From: Eledone cirrhosa
Taxonomy: Eukaryota
Direction: 5' to 3'
DNA length: 64,000 nucleotides
Assembly: GCA_964016885.1 (NCBI GenBank)
Contig: OZ024740.1
Location: 148,180,001-148,244,000 of the forward strand
Both the position numbers and the translations under genes were made by a program. The notes beneath the pieces were generated by a model, which saw only the letters and a program-made list of their open reading frames with translations, had not been told where the DNA came from and made no database searches. Below are positions 1 through 12,328 of the stretch, piece after piece (the first letter of the stretch is position 1; every line of letters begins with the position of its first letter).

Positions 1-473
1 CCAGGACAAGATGTCGACTCTGACGACCGACTACGGCACCTCCCTCAACCACCGGTCCTCCCTCCCTCTGTCCCGTCATCCCTCCAGTCCTCCTTCTCCC
101 CCTTCCTGTACCAGAAAGCTGTGGCACGCATTCATCTGGACTGCCGGACTTGAACTCAAGGACAAGATGCAAGGAGAAGATGGACGGGTTGGTCAAGATC
201 AAGGATGAGCGGGACGACAAGACTGTCCGCTGCTGCTCAAGATCTGTGCTCATGGGCCCATGGGTCCATTCACATTATGCATGACACTTAAGGCGTGTCG
301 CCGAATGATGAAATAGGGGTATGGTTATGGCCCAATTGGTGTTCAAACCAGGATCAAATGATCCCCCCGGTCTGACGACGACCTCTGAATGTGGAACCCA
401 GAGCCTATTAATGTGGAACTCGATTTTTTACCAATAAAAATTTTGCCACTAATATTATTGTAAAATTTTTTAT

Positions 474-605
474 TTCTTGTCCAATTCTTTAAAGTTTTAT
501 CTTAGTTTCTTGTCCTATTCTTTTAAAGTTTTATCTTAGTTCCTTGTCCTATTCTTTTAAAGTTTTATTTTAGTTTCTTGTCCTGTATTTTTAAAGGTTT
601 ATATT
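474..605. repeat. 34-bp tandem minisatellite, ~4 copies
   Basis: Unit TTCTTGTCCTATTCTTTTAAAGTTTTATCTTAGT repeated head-to-tail with no spacers. Confidence 0.85.
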
Positions 606-1489
606 CCAACAATATTACTTTTTTTTGCTGTACGCATTTTTCTATCTGGTATATATATATATATATCAGTGTCAACCCTAATAGAGCAGACCTGTCTTTT
701 CGTGTATTTCTTCTTTCTTCATTTATATCACATCATGTCTGATTATTGTCAAATAAGCAATGAACAATCTGATGAAATATGGTCCATCGACATGTTTCCA
801 TACACAGAACCTCTTTGGCAGCGCTTGGAGGTGAGGTTGGTTCGGTGCCTTTCGTGAATTTAGTATTATATTATCCAATATATTTTTCCTTTTCTGTTTT
901 AAAAACAATAGTTGTGATGTGAAGATCACTGGGCTGTTATTTCTAGCAGGTCAACAAATTACACAGAAGCTTCTTTGTTGACTTGATCGATGGGAGCCGT
1001 TCTGCAAGCTACATTTTCCTATTGGAGTTGAGTTCATGAACCGGTTTTCATTCATGGTTAACGATAACTCAATTAATTAATTCTGTTAATATGCTTTTTG
1101 TTTTTATTAAATTTCACGGCTTGGCATTTACTTTCTTTTTTTGTCCTTGTTGAATCGATTAAACAATATATTGGTAGATTCAATAGATTTTAATTTTTTC
1201 TCTTACTACAAAAAAAAATATTTTCCTATACTAGAATGATATCTCTGGTTTATAGGAGAGAAAAGGTGGAGAAATTATGCCGTTGTTATTTTTACCAGTG
1301 GCATTAGTACCATTAATTATATCACGAACCTGAATACTGAGTTTTTAGCTTTGTTTATGTTACCTTATTGACAAATAGCATTAATTAATTCTCTCTCTAG
1401 ACCCCCTGTTAACTCTCACCAGGTTCATACGATAAAATAAGAACCCAGAACTTGGAGTGCGGGTAATGCAAGACTATGAAAAAGACACT

Positions 1490-1528
1490 TTAAGTAAAAC
1501 ACCACTTTAAAAGTGGTGTTTTACTTAA
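1490..1528. repeat. Perfect inverted repeat (19-bp arms, 1-nt loop)
   Basis: TTAAGTAAAACACCACTTT-A-AAAGTGGTGTTTTACTTAA. Confidence 0.9.
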
Positions 1529-2320
1529 CAAGGCACGACGACATGAGAAAATAATTCAGAAGAAAACGGAAACTATTTACAACTAAACCAGTTTCTAATA
1601 GCTAATTATTAATAGCTATCGGCGTAACAATTATTTGAAAATGTGGGTTGCAATGTCCCTGCATTGTCGAGGGCTTTAATGATAGAAAAGAAATTAGCTT
1701 TGGATCTACAGCGAATGATGATTACTCAATTCTCCTCTCTACCTTTTACTACGTATATTTCTTGTCTCTTCCTTCTCCTATCTAGTTATAAATATACACA
1801 GGCATCACCATTTCTTCTCATGATGCAATAAGTGTGTGCTTGTTTGTTTGTCTAAGTAAAAGATAAAAAAAAATAAGTAGAGAAGGAAAAAGTAAAAGTA
1901 GACGGAAAAGAAATGAAATAAAATTATTATATAGTATGATTATTGGCCTTCGAAATGTATAGATACGTACATCAGACAGACAGCACATAAACATAGATAA
2001 ATACAACCCACCCCTGACACACCAGACGAAGATACTTGAAAACAAAACATACTAATACATACACAGCACGCAGGCATAGATAAATTCATATACACTTCAA
2101 TAGATAAACATTTGGATAAACAAACTCAGGCTGCTAAAAAAAGTTTCTTTGCGGCAGTGCGCTATCTTTAAGGTCGAGTACTAGCACTAATCTACACACG
2201 CGCACGCACATGCTTCCTCGTGCGCATACCTCATCATATAGTGCATGGTCAACAATGAAAAACAGTGAAAACAAACACAGAGAGCAATTGACAAAAGTGT
2301 TATTAGGTGAAAGATGGAAT

Positions 2321-2355
2321 TTTAACGTATCGGAGGTTAGTACTTCATCAGGAGA
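2321..2355 (-). ncRNA. Degenerate minimal hammerhead ribozyme (same family as 51281-51316)
   Basis: Minus strand CTGATGAAGTACTAACCTCCGATACGTTAAA aligns to the intact CTGATGAAGGACTAGCGTCCGAAACGTTAAG; GAAA is mutated to GATA. Confidence 0.55.
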
Positions 2356-3103
2356 GAAACGAGATTAACAGAGAAGTTAGGAATCACACACATTGAAAGA
2401 GAGAGAGAGGGGGGGGGGAGAAAAAAAACAAACTGTTCGAGTAGGGGTCATATCATGAGAGGATATGTGGACATGTATGGGTGTTTTTATGGCTGCATAA
2501 AGGTGTATCTGCAGTAGTGCTGGCCAAGTGTTTGGCTCTATCAGTGATGCTGGTGTATCTGAACGGTTGAAGTTCATCGTTTGAGTGTGTCCATCTGTCC
2601 AAAGGAGTGTGTATGTATGCCTATAAGTGTATGTTGATCTATATGTGTGTGTGTATATGTGCGTGTGTCAAGTGTGTGTATTTGTGTTTGTGTGATACGA
2701 TATAGATGGCGTTTGGAATTTGCGCGTGCATTTAAGTGTGTGGTGGATTTGTGTGGTTATGTGTGAGTGTCGATTCCTATATGTCTGTTTATGAATGTAT
2801 CGGCTGATGTCAATCGTTTATTAACAGAGATATGGGTGTCAATCCTTATACGTGTATGAGGATGTTTGTATATACATCTAGCGTACTATATGAGCGTTCT
2901 GATGTTGTTCGCCATGTCGAATTCACTGGAAGATGGCTCCTCTGAACTCCAGATGCACAGAGAGGAGTTGACCGGCCGTGCATCACCTTAAAATCAATTA
3001 TCGAAATGGACACAGGCCACAAAAAGAACGGATCTGCATGCTGCAATGGACGACCAGCATCGCATCACTCAACGAGATGTATGTCTGTCTGTATGTATGT
3101 ATG

Positions 3104-4835
3104 TTTTCTCTTTCTCTTAATTTCGAGTATATTTTTTTGACCGGCCACCTTCCTGGTGGCAAGGTTGTAAAAGAAAAGAAATTGTCATCCCTTGAATCGC
3201 AAGAATGTTTTGCAAATTTTGAAGGTGCCAGCTATCGCAGCCATTTGTAGACTATGAATTAGGGAGCTGCGCTTTTTGTCCGCAAATCCAAGTTCAGTCA
3301 TACTTTGGTCCAAGCGGGTTGGTATATAACCCGTAGCACCAATAATGATGGGTATGAAGCTAAAGGTGTATCTTGGATACTGGATTTGTAAACTCCTCAT
3401 CAATGGTCCGTAGATGTCCTCCTTCTCCTGTATTTTTCTGACAACGTTTACATCAAGTGGGCAGCTGATCTCCACAACAGAACACGTTTTCAATGTGTGG
3501 TCCCAAACTACAATATCAGGCCGGTTGTGCTTTAATTTGGTGGCAGTTTTTATTTTCAGGTTCCACCAGTATTCCTTAGTGCCATCTGTCTCAATATATT
3601 CTTCCTCGTTTGTTGTTAATTTTGTTTTCCGAAGTGCGTTCCAGATGGTTCTAGCTATCCCATCGTGTCTCATGGGGAGGTAGTAGCGAGATGACATTCT
3701 TTCGCAGCTGGCAACAATGTGGCTTACATCCTCGATCTTTGTTTTACATAGCCTACATTTATTGTCAGCTGCTGGCCCTCCTCTTTTGTGCAGCAGATAT
3801 TTGGTAGGGAGTTCTTGTTCCTGTATTGCATAGAGATATCCCTCAAGGTGTTATGTCATAAACTTGTCGGAACTCCATGCCAGGCTTTTTGAGTGGTTTA
3901 TCCCCTCTATGGTCTGTGTTTTACGCCTCAAGTATCCATGCACAACTTTTTCTGTAAATTGGTCAATTTTTTTATCTTGTTTGAACATTGAATAGGATCT
4001 TCCGATTTCTCTGGGTGAGAGATTTATATCAGGCTTTATTCCATATCTCTCCTCCAGATCAGTCGCTATTCTAATGATATTTCTTTTTTCATGGTCATAA
4101 ACCTGGGCAAGATGGTTGCCAACCTTTTTCCTCTGTTGAAGGTGTTGCTTCAGTGTTACTATCCGGGTCTCATATGTTGTTAATATTGATTTTAGACCCC
4201 GGCCACCTTCCTTGCGTGAGAAGTATAGCCTATCCACATCACTATTGATGTTAAAGTTCCCAGTAACACTGAGAAGTTTTCGAGTTCTAACATCCATCTC
4301 ACTTAGTTCTTGCAATGACTAGTTCAGTAGGCCAAATGTTGGCGTTAGAATTGGCACAGCATAAGTATTGTGGGCAATGTATTTGTTGTATGATGACAGT
4401 TCTGATGACCATATTTTCTTTACTCTTCTGAGGTATTCAGTTCTGGTTCTCTCCTTATTTATGGGTCCATCATATCTGACATTCTCATCCTGTCCAAGAT
4501 ATCTGTAGTTGTCACCTGACTGCAGAGGTTGTATTGTCAGGCCGTTCATCTCTAGATTTCTAGAGGAGGGCACAGCTCTTCCACGTTTTACTGCCAAATA
4601 TGCACACTTGGACTCACCAAATTTCATTTTGATGTCGGTTGAAAATTGTGTAATGAGGTCCAATTGTTTCTTGATGTCATTGATATTTGGCCCATACAAC
4701 TTCAGGTCATCAACAAAGAAAAGATGGGAGATACTTCTGGGCCCACTTCTTTGTCCACCTTGTTTCCTGAGTAGGTAAGATAGTGGATTCAGTGAGAGAA
4801 CGAAGAGTAGCACCGACAAGCTATCACCCTGAAAG
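3104..4835 (-). mobile_element. 5'-truncated R4/Dong-like non-LTR retrotransposon, family A (RT + CCHC + restriction-like endonuclease)
   Basis: ORFs 4319-4819 (LFFVDDLKLY), 3851-4315 (GGRGL) and 3185-3697 (RHD, RPDIVVW, KE..Y, PIIIGATG); both ends abut (TATG)n. Confidence 0.9.
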
Positions 4836-4836
4836 A

Positions 4837-4926
4837 TGTATGTATGTATGTATGTATGTATGTATGTATGTATGTATGTATGTATGTATGTATGTATGTA
4901 TGTATGTATGTATGTATGTATGTATG

Positions 4927-4959
<33 letters not shown>
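4837..4959. repeat. (TATG)n microsatellite
   Basis: Direct reading. Confidence 0.95.
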
Positions 4960-5565
4960 CAGGTCACCAGTTGGTGCTACTGGTAACATGTATCCCAGTA
5001 CAACCTGTCTCATGGTCGGGTCGTTGGCGACTAAACTGGCAATCCCACCATGGTTTCTTGGTGAGGAGGGTGACTTTGGATATCCTGCAGGACTAAAAAC
5101 AAAACCTGTCAAAGGGCAAAGGAGCTCTTAAGAGTCAATGGCCATCCAAAATCACCGGGAGAGTTGACCCCTTAGCCTTTGTCAAGGCAGAATTCTAGGA
5201 GAAGGAAAACTCTGATGTAACACCTGCAACCCTGATGGTATCCAATGATGTTGACTTGTTCTTCTTTTTGGTAAATATCATCTTGGTTAAGAGAGTGGGA
5301 CTGGCTTTGTGCAGTGCCTTTGCTCACTATAAAAGCTTCACGGCACAGGCATTGATTTATATCTGGAGATCTCTCTGCACTTGTCGTCACATGGTACCAA
5401 GGGCCCAGCACTATGTGTCAATAATTGTCACAGGTGTAGTGTTTGTACCAGAGTTTTCAAGTCGCTGGCTGGACTAAAATGTCACACTCGTTCAGCGTAT
5501 CGGTAGGGGTTCTCCTATATGGATATAAAGTAGTGGCCGTACTCAAAAACGAGTTGGAAGCCACC
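4960..5565 (+). mobile_element. Bipartite RTE-derived non-autonomous retroelement (~600 bp)
   Basis: RTE-type 5' region (CTAGGAGAAGGAAAACTCTG) fused to a 3' part encoding a C2H2 finger remnant CSVCTRVFKSLAGLK.HTRS; 3' CTCG-N4-CGAG hairpin (mutated in this copy) then (TATG)n. Further copies at 28067-28631, 28990-29300 and 29397-29916. Confidence 0.75.
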
Positions 5566-5574
5566 ATGTATGTA

Positions 5575-5665
<91 letters not shown>

Positions 5666-5669
5666 ATAA

Positions 5670-6440
5670 AAAAAATAATGTATCAATCCCCACAGATGGC
5701 AATACATCTACCAAGGAATTAAAGAAATTATCCAAATATAAAGATTTACGAGGGTGCTTCAAAAAGTTCATGGAAAAGGGACAGTTGAATAAAACGGTTT
5801 AAGTTATGATGTTTATTTTTCAACATATGCTCCATCTAGGTCAATACACTTTGCAAGTGTTGATACCAGCCTTTAGGTCCCTCTGTGTAAAACTGAAGGC
5901 CATGCGCTTTAAGCCATGTCAAAGCAGCTTTTTTTACAGCTTCAACTGGGAGTCATCTTCAGTCTCATCTCTTCCACTACTAAAACGACTTATCCATTGT
6001 TGATTTCTTACGGACATAGTCCCCATAAACTTGTTCCAGAGCGTCAATGATTTGACTGCTCTTCCACCCAGCTTCACCATCATTTTGATGGAGGCCATGC
6101 TGCTCGAGCAGGTGCTGACTTCCGACTGGCGGCGCTGCGTTACAACACGAATTGTTAATGTTAGAACATGTTAGTACGAGAACATACAGGTGCATTGGGA
6201 TCAAAATCCCTGCATATGATTTTTAGTTATGTACTTTTTCCACGAACTATGTACTTTTTCCCCTCGTATTAATAGAAATAAACCGTATGTGGATGATGAA
6301 AACTAAAGGATAACTGTAATAATCAGTACTCTGGAGGTGACAAAAACACACACAGACAGATATGTAACCCAGTACATAAAAATATATGCATCATACAAAA
6401 ATAGCACTATTAGGTACTACACTCATATTAAGATAAGTAC
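5670..6440 (+). mobile_element. 3' relic of a restriction-endonuclease LINE, split by a mariner insertion
   Basis: VSIPTDGNTSTKELKKLSKYKDL ends at the TA at 5747-5748 and continues after 6268 as LIEINRMW...IQKIALLGT (with frameshifts). Confidence 0.65.
5749..6266 (-). mobile_element. Internally deleted mariner (Hsmar2/irritans-like) element
   Basis: TA-flanked ends CGAGGGTGCTTCAAAAAGTTCATGGAAA / CCCTCG; minus strand carries the N-terminal HTH piece GWKSSQIIDALEQVYGD and the C-terminal KCIDLDGAYVEK*. Confidence 0.8.
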
Positions 6441-6544
6441 TTTTAATACTATAGAAATCTCACCAGCAAAAATCACACTGTACATACCCGAGTCGCACAG
6501 ATTTGTGCTCGGTAATGCAGTGACTACACGCAAAAAACAAACAA

Positions 6545-7460
6545 ACATGGTTTCTTATATAGGCACAAGGCCAACAATTTTTGGGGGAGGGGAAGTCTAT
6601 TGTTTCGACCCCAGTGCGTTACTGGTGCTTTATTTTATCGACCCCGTAAGGATGAAAGGCAAATTTAACCTCGGCAGATTAGGATTTAGAATGTAAAGGA
6701 CCATAACTATATGCCACAAAGAATAATGTACTGCCAAACCACCGTCCTAATAATATTTGTTTCTACTTTAGGCACAAGGCCAGCAATTACCCAGTGCATT
6801 ACTGGTAGTTTATTTTATCGACCCGGTAAGGATGAAAGGCAAAGTCAACCTCGGCGGGATTTGAACTCAGATCGTAGAGGGACGTAACTATGCTGGAAAG
6901 CATGGCGTCCGACCCTCTACTGCTACTGCCAATCCACCGTCCTAATAATATTGACAATTGATTCTACTTTAGGCACAAAGCCAGCAATTTGGAGGTGGGG
7001 TGGGGGTGGGTGGGGGGGGGGGGGGAGGGGAGAGTCGATTAAATCAACCCCTGTGCATTACTGGTGCTTTATTTTATCGACCCCATAATAATTGTTTCTA
7101 CTATTGACACAAGGCCAGCAAATACCCAGTACATTACTGGTACTTTATTTTATCGACCCCGTAAGGATGGAAGGCAAAGTTAACCTTGATGGGATTTGAA
7201 CTCAGACCGCAAAGGGGTGTAACTATGCCAGAAAGCATGGCGTCCAACCCTCTACCGATACTGCCTATCGACCCTATAATAATTGTTTATACTATTGGCA
7301 CAAGGCCAGCAATTACCAAGTACATTACTGGTACTTTATTTTATCGACCCCGTAAGGATTGAAGGCAAAGTTAACCTCGGTGGGATGTGAACTCAGACCG
7401 TAACTCTATGATGCAAAACATGGTTCCCGACGCTCTACCGATTCTGCTAATCCACCAATA
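6545..7460 (-). mobile_element. Cluster of ~5 tRNA-derived SINE copies (octopus OR-type)
   Basis: Repeated TTTATCGACCCCGTAAGGATGAAAGGCAAAGTCAACCTCGGCGGGATTTGAACTCAG; A box TGGCAGTATCGG and B box GTTCAAATC on the minus strand. Confidence 0.85.
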
Positions 7461-7534
7461 AAAACAATTTCTGTATTAGCCAATACAAAAAGACAGGGAC
7501 AGTAGGGGTTTACTATCAAATCGAGTAAATATTA

Positions 7535-9320
7535 TAAAAAACAATAACAATAAACAAGAAAAATACAAACAACAGAATTCTTCAATGGGGGAGGGGAGAA
7601 CGATACAGGGGCTACACAAATCAACCAGCCTACAGGCGCATGCTCAGAGTAGACCCATTCACACCGGCCATTCTCACCACATTCACCGTCTTTTAGCAAA
7701 TGTATTGCTTGGCTGCAATTCATCTTCTTTTCCAAGCGAAACTCGAAAAAGTTGATGAGGGATTGGTCGAAAGAGGAAGTGTCTGTCTTCAGTCTTTTCA
7801 GCCTGGTGCACCCAGCAACCTCTTCCGTTACAAGACAGAGAAAAACTGCCCCCTCCCCCCCGCTTCCAGACCAAAAGAAGATGGCAGGGCGAACTTCGCT
7901 ATAGACTAGGTCGATAACGGGATCCGTGCTATACGCGACAACAGCTATTCGACATAACTCCACTAGTCAGTAATGCACGGACACTGGACGAGTGCGGGCA
8001 GAATGCTTTCGTCGCTTTGTGCACATCTCCGGCAGATCCGTTAGACAGCACTTCCGTGCCTGAAGAGTTTATCTCGAACTGGCAAAGCCTTCAGTAGCAC
8101 TGCCAAGCGAGGAATTTCTCGAAGTTATCCATCATCCCAGGCTCGAAAGTCCTCCGGAACAGACAGGTCAGTTCGACTCCCAGTCGACGCCCAAAGCCTC
8201 TCATCTATAGAACTCTAGAGTGGAAGTTCCACTGACCGCATTGCCTGCTTGGTAGAGCGCAGTGAGTGCCTGGAAACACTCTAGATGCCAGGCGCTCAGT
8301 CTCGGTCTCTTCTTGACCCAGGACTGCAGCTCGGTCAAAGATACGAGCTGCGGAAAGGCCTATTTCACAAACGGTGACCAAATTTGTTCACCGTTTAGGC
8401 AGAATATCAGGAGAGGCCGCAGCCTCAGCACATGTTTGCGCATCATTAGCCACGGCATGCCTAGCCCTCACCAACAGAACCTGTCCCCTCCACTAGAAGT
8501 GGAAGAGGAACTGTTCCAATTTTGTGAGGCCCGAACGGGGGCACGGTACGGCGGTCAGGCGGCAGTTGATGACGGACGCGATGTAGGCGTTTTCCACCTC
8601 GGCCCGACCTTTCAGGGACAGCTTTCGCTCGGTTCATTTCCGAGTGAAAGTGTTTACCCTGTTCTTAAACTCGTCCCAATTTTTATCCACTTGGTCCGAA
8701 CCAGACTCCGAGAAATTTTACTGGTCCGTCCGTCCAGCAACCGTCGGCGCTGTTGAACGCCATAGACTTGCCTCTTCAGGTGCCGAGCTGCAAACCCACC
8801 GACTTTTCTGGATTTAGTTTTACTCCCTTTAACTTTTCATATTCCTTCAAGAAGGTGACGAGCACCTCGATTTCCGAGGTGTTTGACACCATGACGATGA
8901 TGTCGTCCGCATATGCCGATACAGCCTTTACTCGACCCGGTTCGAGCGGAATACCCTGCAACAACTCCACCTTCCACAGTACAGAAGGGAGGAGAGAGAG
9001 CACCCACGAGGACCGATCGGGAGATTTGAAACGATTCCGAAATGTGACCATTAACTTTGATCAGCGATCAGATGCCACAGTGCATTGCATCGTTCTGGCC
9101 TTTGGAAACCGGACCGAAGCCTGCTGCCTTAAGGTCAGTCTCCAGATATCGATTGATCTATACTGATCAGAGTCCCGGTTTTCAGCCTATCCTCTCTATG
9201 ATGTATCGCCTGAGGTGGAGGTTGCTATATATGAACTGGGTCTGGATTGCACAACTTTGCACGACTTCTACCAAATCCTCGACGACAAGCGCCAACCTCT
9301 TCGCTAACACCTTGGTGATC
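7535..9320 (-). mobile_element. Degraded Tx1/L1-clade LINE (RT through 3' end)
   Basis: ORF 8776-9051 SAYADDIIVMV...KLNPEKSVGLQLGT; further frameshifted fragments toward 7600. Confidence 0.75.
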
Positions 9321-9329
9321 ACTGTTACT

Positions 9330-10265
9330 TATCATATTATAACATCTTTACACAGGGGAAAATGTCGACCATACTTAAATATAGAATGATACGCAGCCCC
9401 CCCCCCCCCCCCCCCACAGGCCTGGCGGTCAGAATGGAGAAGGTGTTTCCCCGGAGGACGGCAAGGGAGATGCGCTGGAAAAGCCACTAACTCGTGGGGC
9501 TCACACCTGCGGCTGGCCAGCTCAGCGCCTTTGGTGGTTGGTGGGGAGGTAGCCATAGGGCCGAGGACACCAGAAGTCTCCACTGCCAGGAGTACAACCG
9601 CAAACCTGTCGGAGAGCGAACGGTATTTGAGGAGTTTAGCCTCCTCAGCTCGACGTGCAGCAGAACCCGGGTTAGTCGCAGACTGCACCAGGTTGCGACT
9701 GCAGAAAGTGCCGGTTTGCCACTGCGGAACGGGAAAATGGTCATGCCATCTGGCCTTTTGCCGTCCCCTCGGTCCAGCCCCAGAGAAGCCTGGGCGTCCA
9801 AGCCATGCTTTATGACCTCGTTGAAGACAGCATGGCGTGGAAGGCGGCCGGCACAGTGGCGACAGGAAAGCGGGTGGATGCTGAAAGAGTCCACGGTGGA
9901 TCCGCAGCGACATTGGTGTGGCTCGCAGATCCGGAGGCCGAGTCTCAAGGAAACGTCGATGCGCAGGATATTGTTGTCTAGCCGCGTGCCAGTGGAGAAG
10001 GAGGGCGGGACATGGAGCCAAGCACCACTGTGGGGTTTGGAGACCGCACGAAAACAGGCAGGGCGGTGCTGGTCGAGCTGGCGCGTGAGCCTATCTGAGG
10101 CCAGGCTACACTGGATGGCATTCCAAGTGCTTTGGGACTTGACGTCAACAGTGGGAGAAGGAGGAGTGACGTCTACTGGGCTAAACCCCAGCCGGTCCCA
10201 CGTCGGCCAAAGACTCGTCAGGCAGCTCACTGCTCTCACCCAGTCTGTCACACCATGGCTGCTGA
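9330..10265 (-). mobile_element. CRE-clade LINE 3' fragment (CCHC + REL endonuclease)
   Basis: SGAWLHVPP, RLGL, CRCG..H.LSC, RH, GKRPDG, AEEAKLLKY and AVETSGVLG in overlapping minus-strand ORFs; GC-rich relative to flanks. Confidence 0.8.
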
Positions 10266-10638
10266 CTTGCCTTTCTCTTTCTCTATCTCTTCTTTCTGTA
10301 TCTCTCTTTCTCTCTCTCGCCCACACTCTATCTCACTCAATCTCTCTTTCACACGCTTGTAATGATACCTAACACATAACGTATACGCTCAGTGTTGTTA
10401 GTTACTGTGAACACGAAATTAATATAAGGTTAATGAAAATATTGTTATTTTGAAATATTCTACATTTCTGATGTGTTAAAATGTTTATTAAATGACTATC
10501 TATTAATATCTTTTTGTTTCCTGCTACGTCACAATATGGATGGTTACGTGACAAAAATTATTTATGATAATCACTCTAATCACTAAAATGAACAAGAATT
10601 GTACGTGAATGCGAGTGTGTTTGTGAGTGTGAGTGAGT

Positions 10639-10754
<116 letters not shown>

Positions 10755-11111
10755 GAGTAGTGATTCCTCCCCCTTCTCTGTTCGGATACAGAGTCATGAA
10801 ATAACCGTAATTGTGGTAATAGCAGTTATGATAGTTTCATTACATATCAATTTATACGTCAAAGGCTGATTAATTTTCTTCTTGGTTCATTAAACGGTCA
10901 ATATAAATTATTTGGGCAAATCACCTTCCTGACACAATTAATTAGTAATTCTCGGAAAGGATACCATTGATGAAGGTAATTACAATAATAGCTGCTCCCG
11001 ACACTTGGATTTGGGACAGCTATCATACCTCCTTGTACAACCAAATCAACAAATTATTTCATCTACAAAATGGTTACTCTCGACGTGCTATTTACATAAT
11101 AAGAATATCTG

Positions 11112-11178
<67 letters not shown>

Positions 11179-11327
11179 ACAGTGGCGAACTGGCCATGTC
11201 TGTGTTATTTTAGGGGTCAATGCAAAAACTTTGCTTTCAAAGTCCTAGAGAAAAAATAAAAATCTAAGAAAAGAGTATGTACAAAGAAGACCGTCTCTCT
11301 TATTCATAAATATATATATATATATAT

Positions 11328-11445
11328 AACGAAGGAAATGTGGTAAGGAACCAGGTGGACCATAACGCACCAAAGTACTCAATACTTAGAGTAGTAGAGT
11401 GGGTAATAGGAACAAGTAAGACCCCGGGGTCTTACTTGTTCCTAT
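11328..11445 (-). repeat. HHR-associated repeat family B, copy 1, ending in a perfect 40-bp palindrome (11406-11445)
   Basis: Homologous to 12174-12273; palindrome ATAGGAACAAGTAAGACCCC|GGGGTCTTACTTGTTCCTAT. Confidence 0.8.
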
Positions 11446-11458
11446 ATATATATATATA

Positions 11459-12111
11459 TAAGTATGTATACGTACATACATATATGTATACAGACGCACA
11501 GTAATATGTATATATATATACATACATGCACACACATATATATGTACGTATGGATTCACAGAACATTTATTATAATGCTCGGTGTGTTTGTAAACAAACA
11601 TCCTGAATTAAGCCGTACAGTGTATAGCAACCATCGTTGAACGTCTGAAAGTATAAACTTTCCTTATGCTTATTAACGGCTGAGCAGCCTAATTTGCATA
11701 TCGAGTGAGTTAATCGGCCGGGGTAGCGAAAACGATAAACGGAAAAAATGAAACGAAATTTCATTTCTCAGACGTTCAACCATCTGGCAGGAAGGTATAC
11801 GTTGCTGACGATAGCTAATAAGCTTGAAACTAGTACAGCGTTCCTTTGTCAGTGTTGAACAAATGAGCAACCATGGTTGCTAGACACTGTACGGCTTAAT
11901 TCGGGATGTTTGTTTACAAACACACCGAGCATTATAATAAATGTTCGGTGAATCCATACGTACATATATATGTGTGTGCATGTATATATATATATATATA
12001 TATACATATTACTGTGTGTCTGTATACATATATGTATGTACGTATACATACTTATATTTAAGTAACAGCCGTACTAAGAGTGAGATATGAAATTTCGTTT
12101 CATTTTTTCCG

Positions 12112-12112
<1 letters not shown>
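11459..12112. mobile_element. Inverted pair of partial ~430-bp retrozyme-like units (family A)
   Basis: 11459-11770 forward with the HHR segment deleted, 11770-12112 inverted; homologous to the array at 16689-18197; flanked by (TA)n. Confidence 0.75.
11799..11841 (+). ncRNA. Minimal type I hammerhead ribozyme (family A)
   Basis: ACGTTG-CTGACGA-T-AGCT-AATA-AGCT-T-GAAA-CTAG-TA-CAGCGT; 6-bp stem I, palindromic stem III. Confidence 0.75.
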
Positions 12113-12146
<34 letters not shown>

Positions 12147-12173
12147 TATATATATATATTTATATAAATATAT

Positions 12174-12328
12174 AACAAAGAAAGTGTGGTAAGAAACGAT
12201 GTGGACCATAACGCACCGGAGTACTCGATACTTAAGGTAGTTGAGTGGGTAATAGCAAAAGAGTCAGGACCCCGACGGCTGAGCTCCAGCCGTTTCGACA
12301 GCTAGATCCGAACAGTTCGGATCTAGCT
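12174..12328 (-). repeat. HHR-associated repeat family B, copy 2, with the 3' half of a hammerhead and a terminal 29-bp palindrome
   Basis: Minus strand GAAAC-GGCTG-GAGCT-CAGCC-GTC-GGGGTCC; AGCTAGATCCGAAC-A-GTTCGGATCTAGCT at 12300-12328. Confidence 0.7.

Noticed and set aside
1-440. GC-rich segment ending in AATAAA, a possible gene or LINE 3' end
   Set aside because: No recognisable motif, and it is truncated by the window edge.
474-605. CRISPR-like 34-bp repeats
   Set aside because: The repeats are contiguous with no spacers, and the context is eukaryotic.
769-800. CTGATGA and reverse GAAACATGTC near each other
   Set aside because: They are on opposite strands and give no consistent stems.
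4995-5045. HDV-like ribozyme fit for the RTE head
   Set aside because: There is no room for a P1' strand between the putative P3 and P4.
4783-5131. ORFs of MYVC/THTH/YIYI type here and throughout the window
   Set aside because: They are translations of microsatellites.
9494-10372. 292-aa plus-strand ORF
   Set aside because: It is the antisense shadow of the GC-rich CRE fragment.
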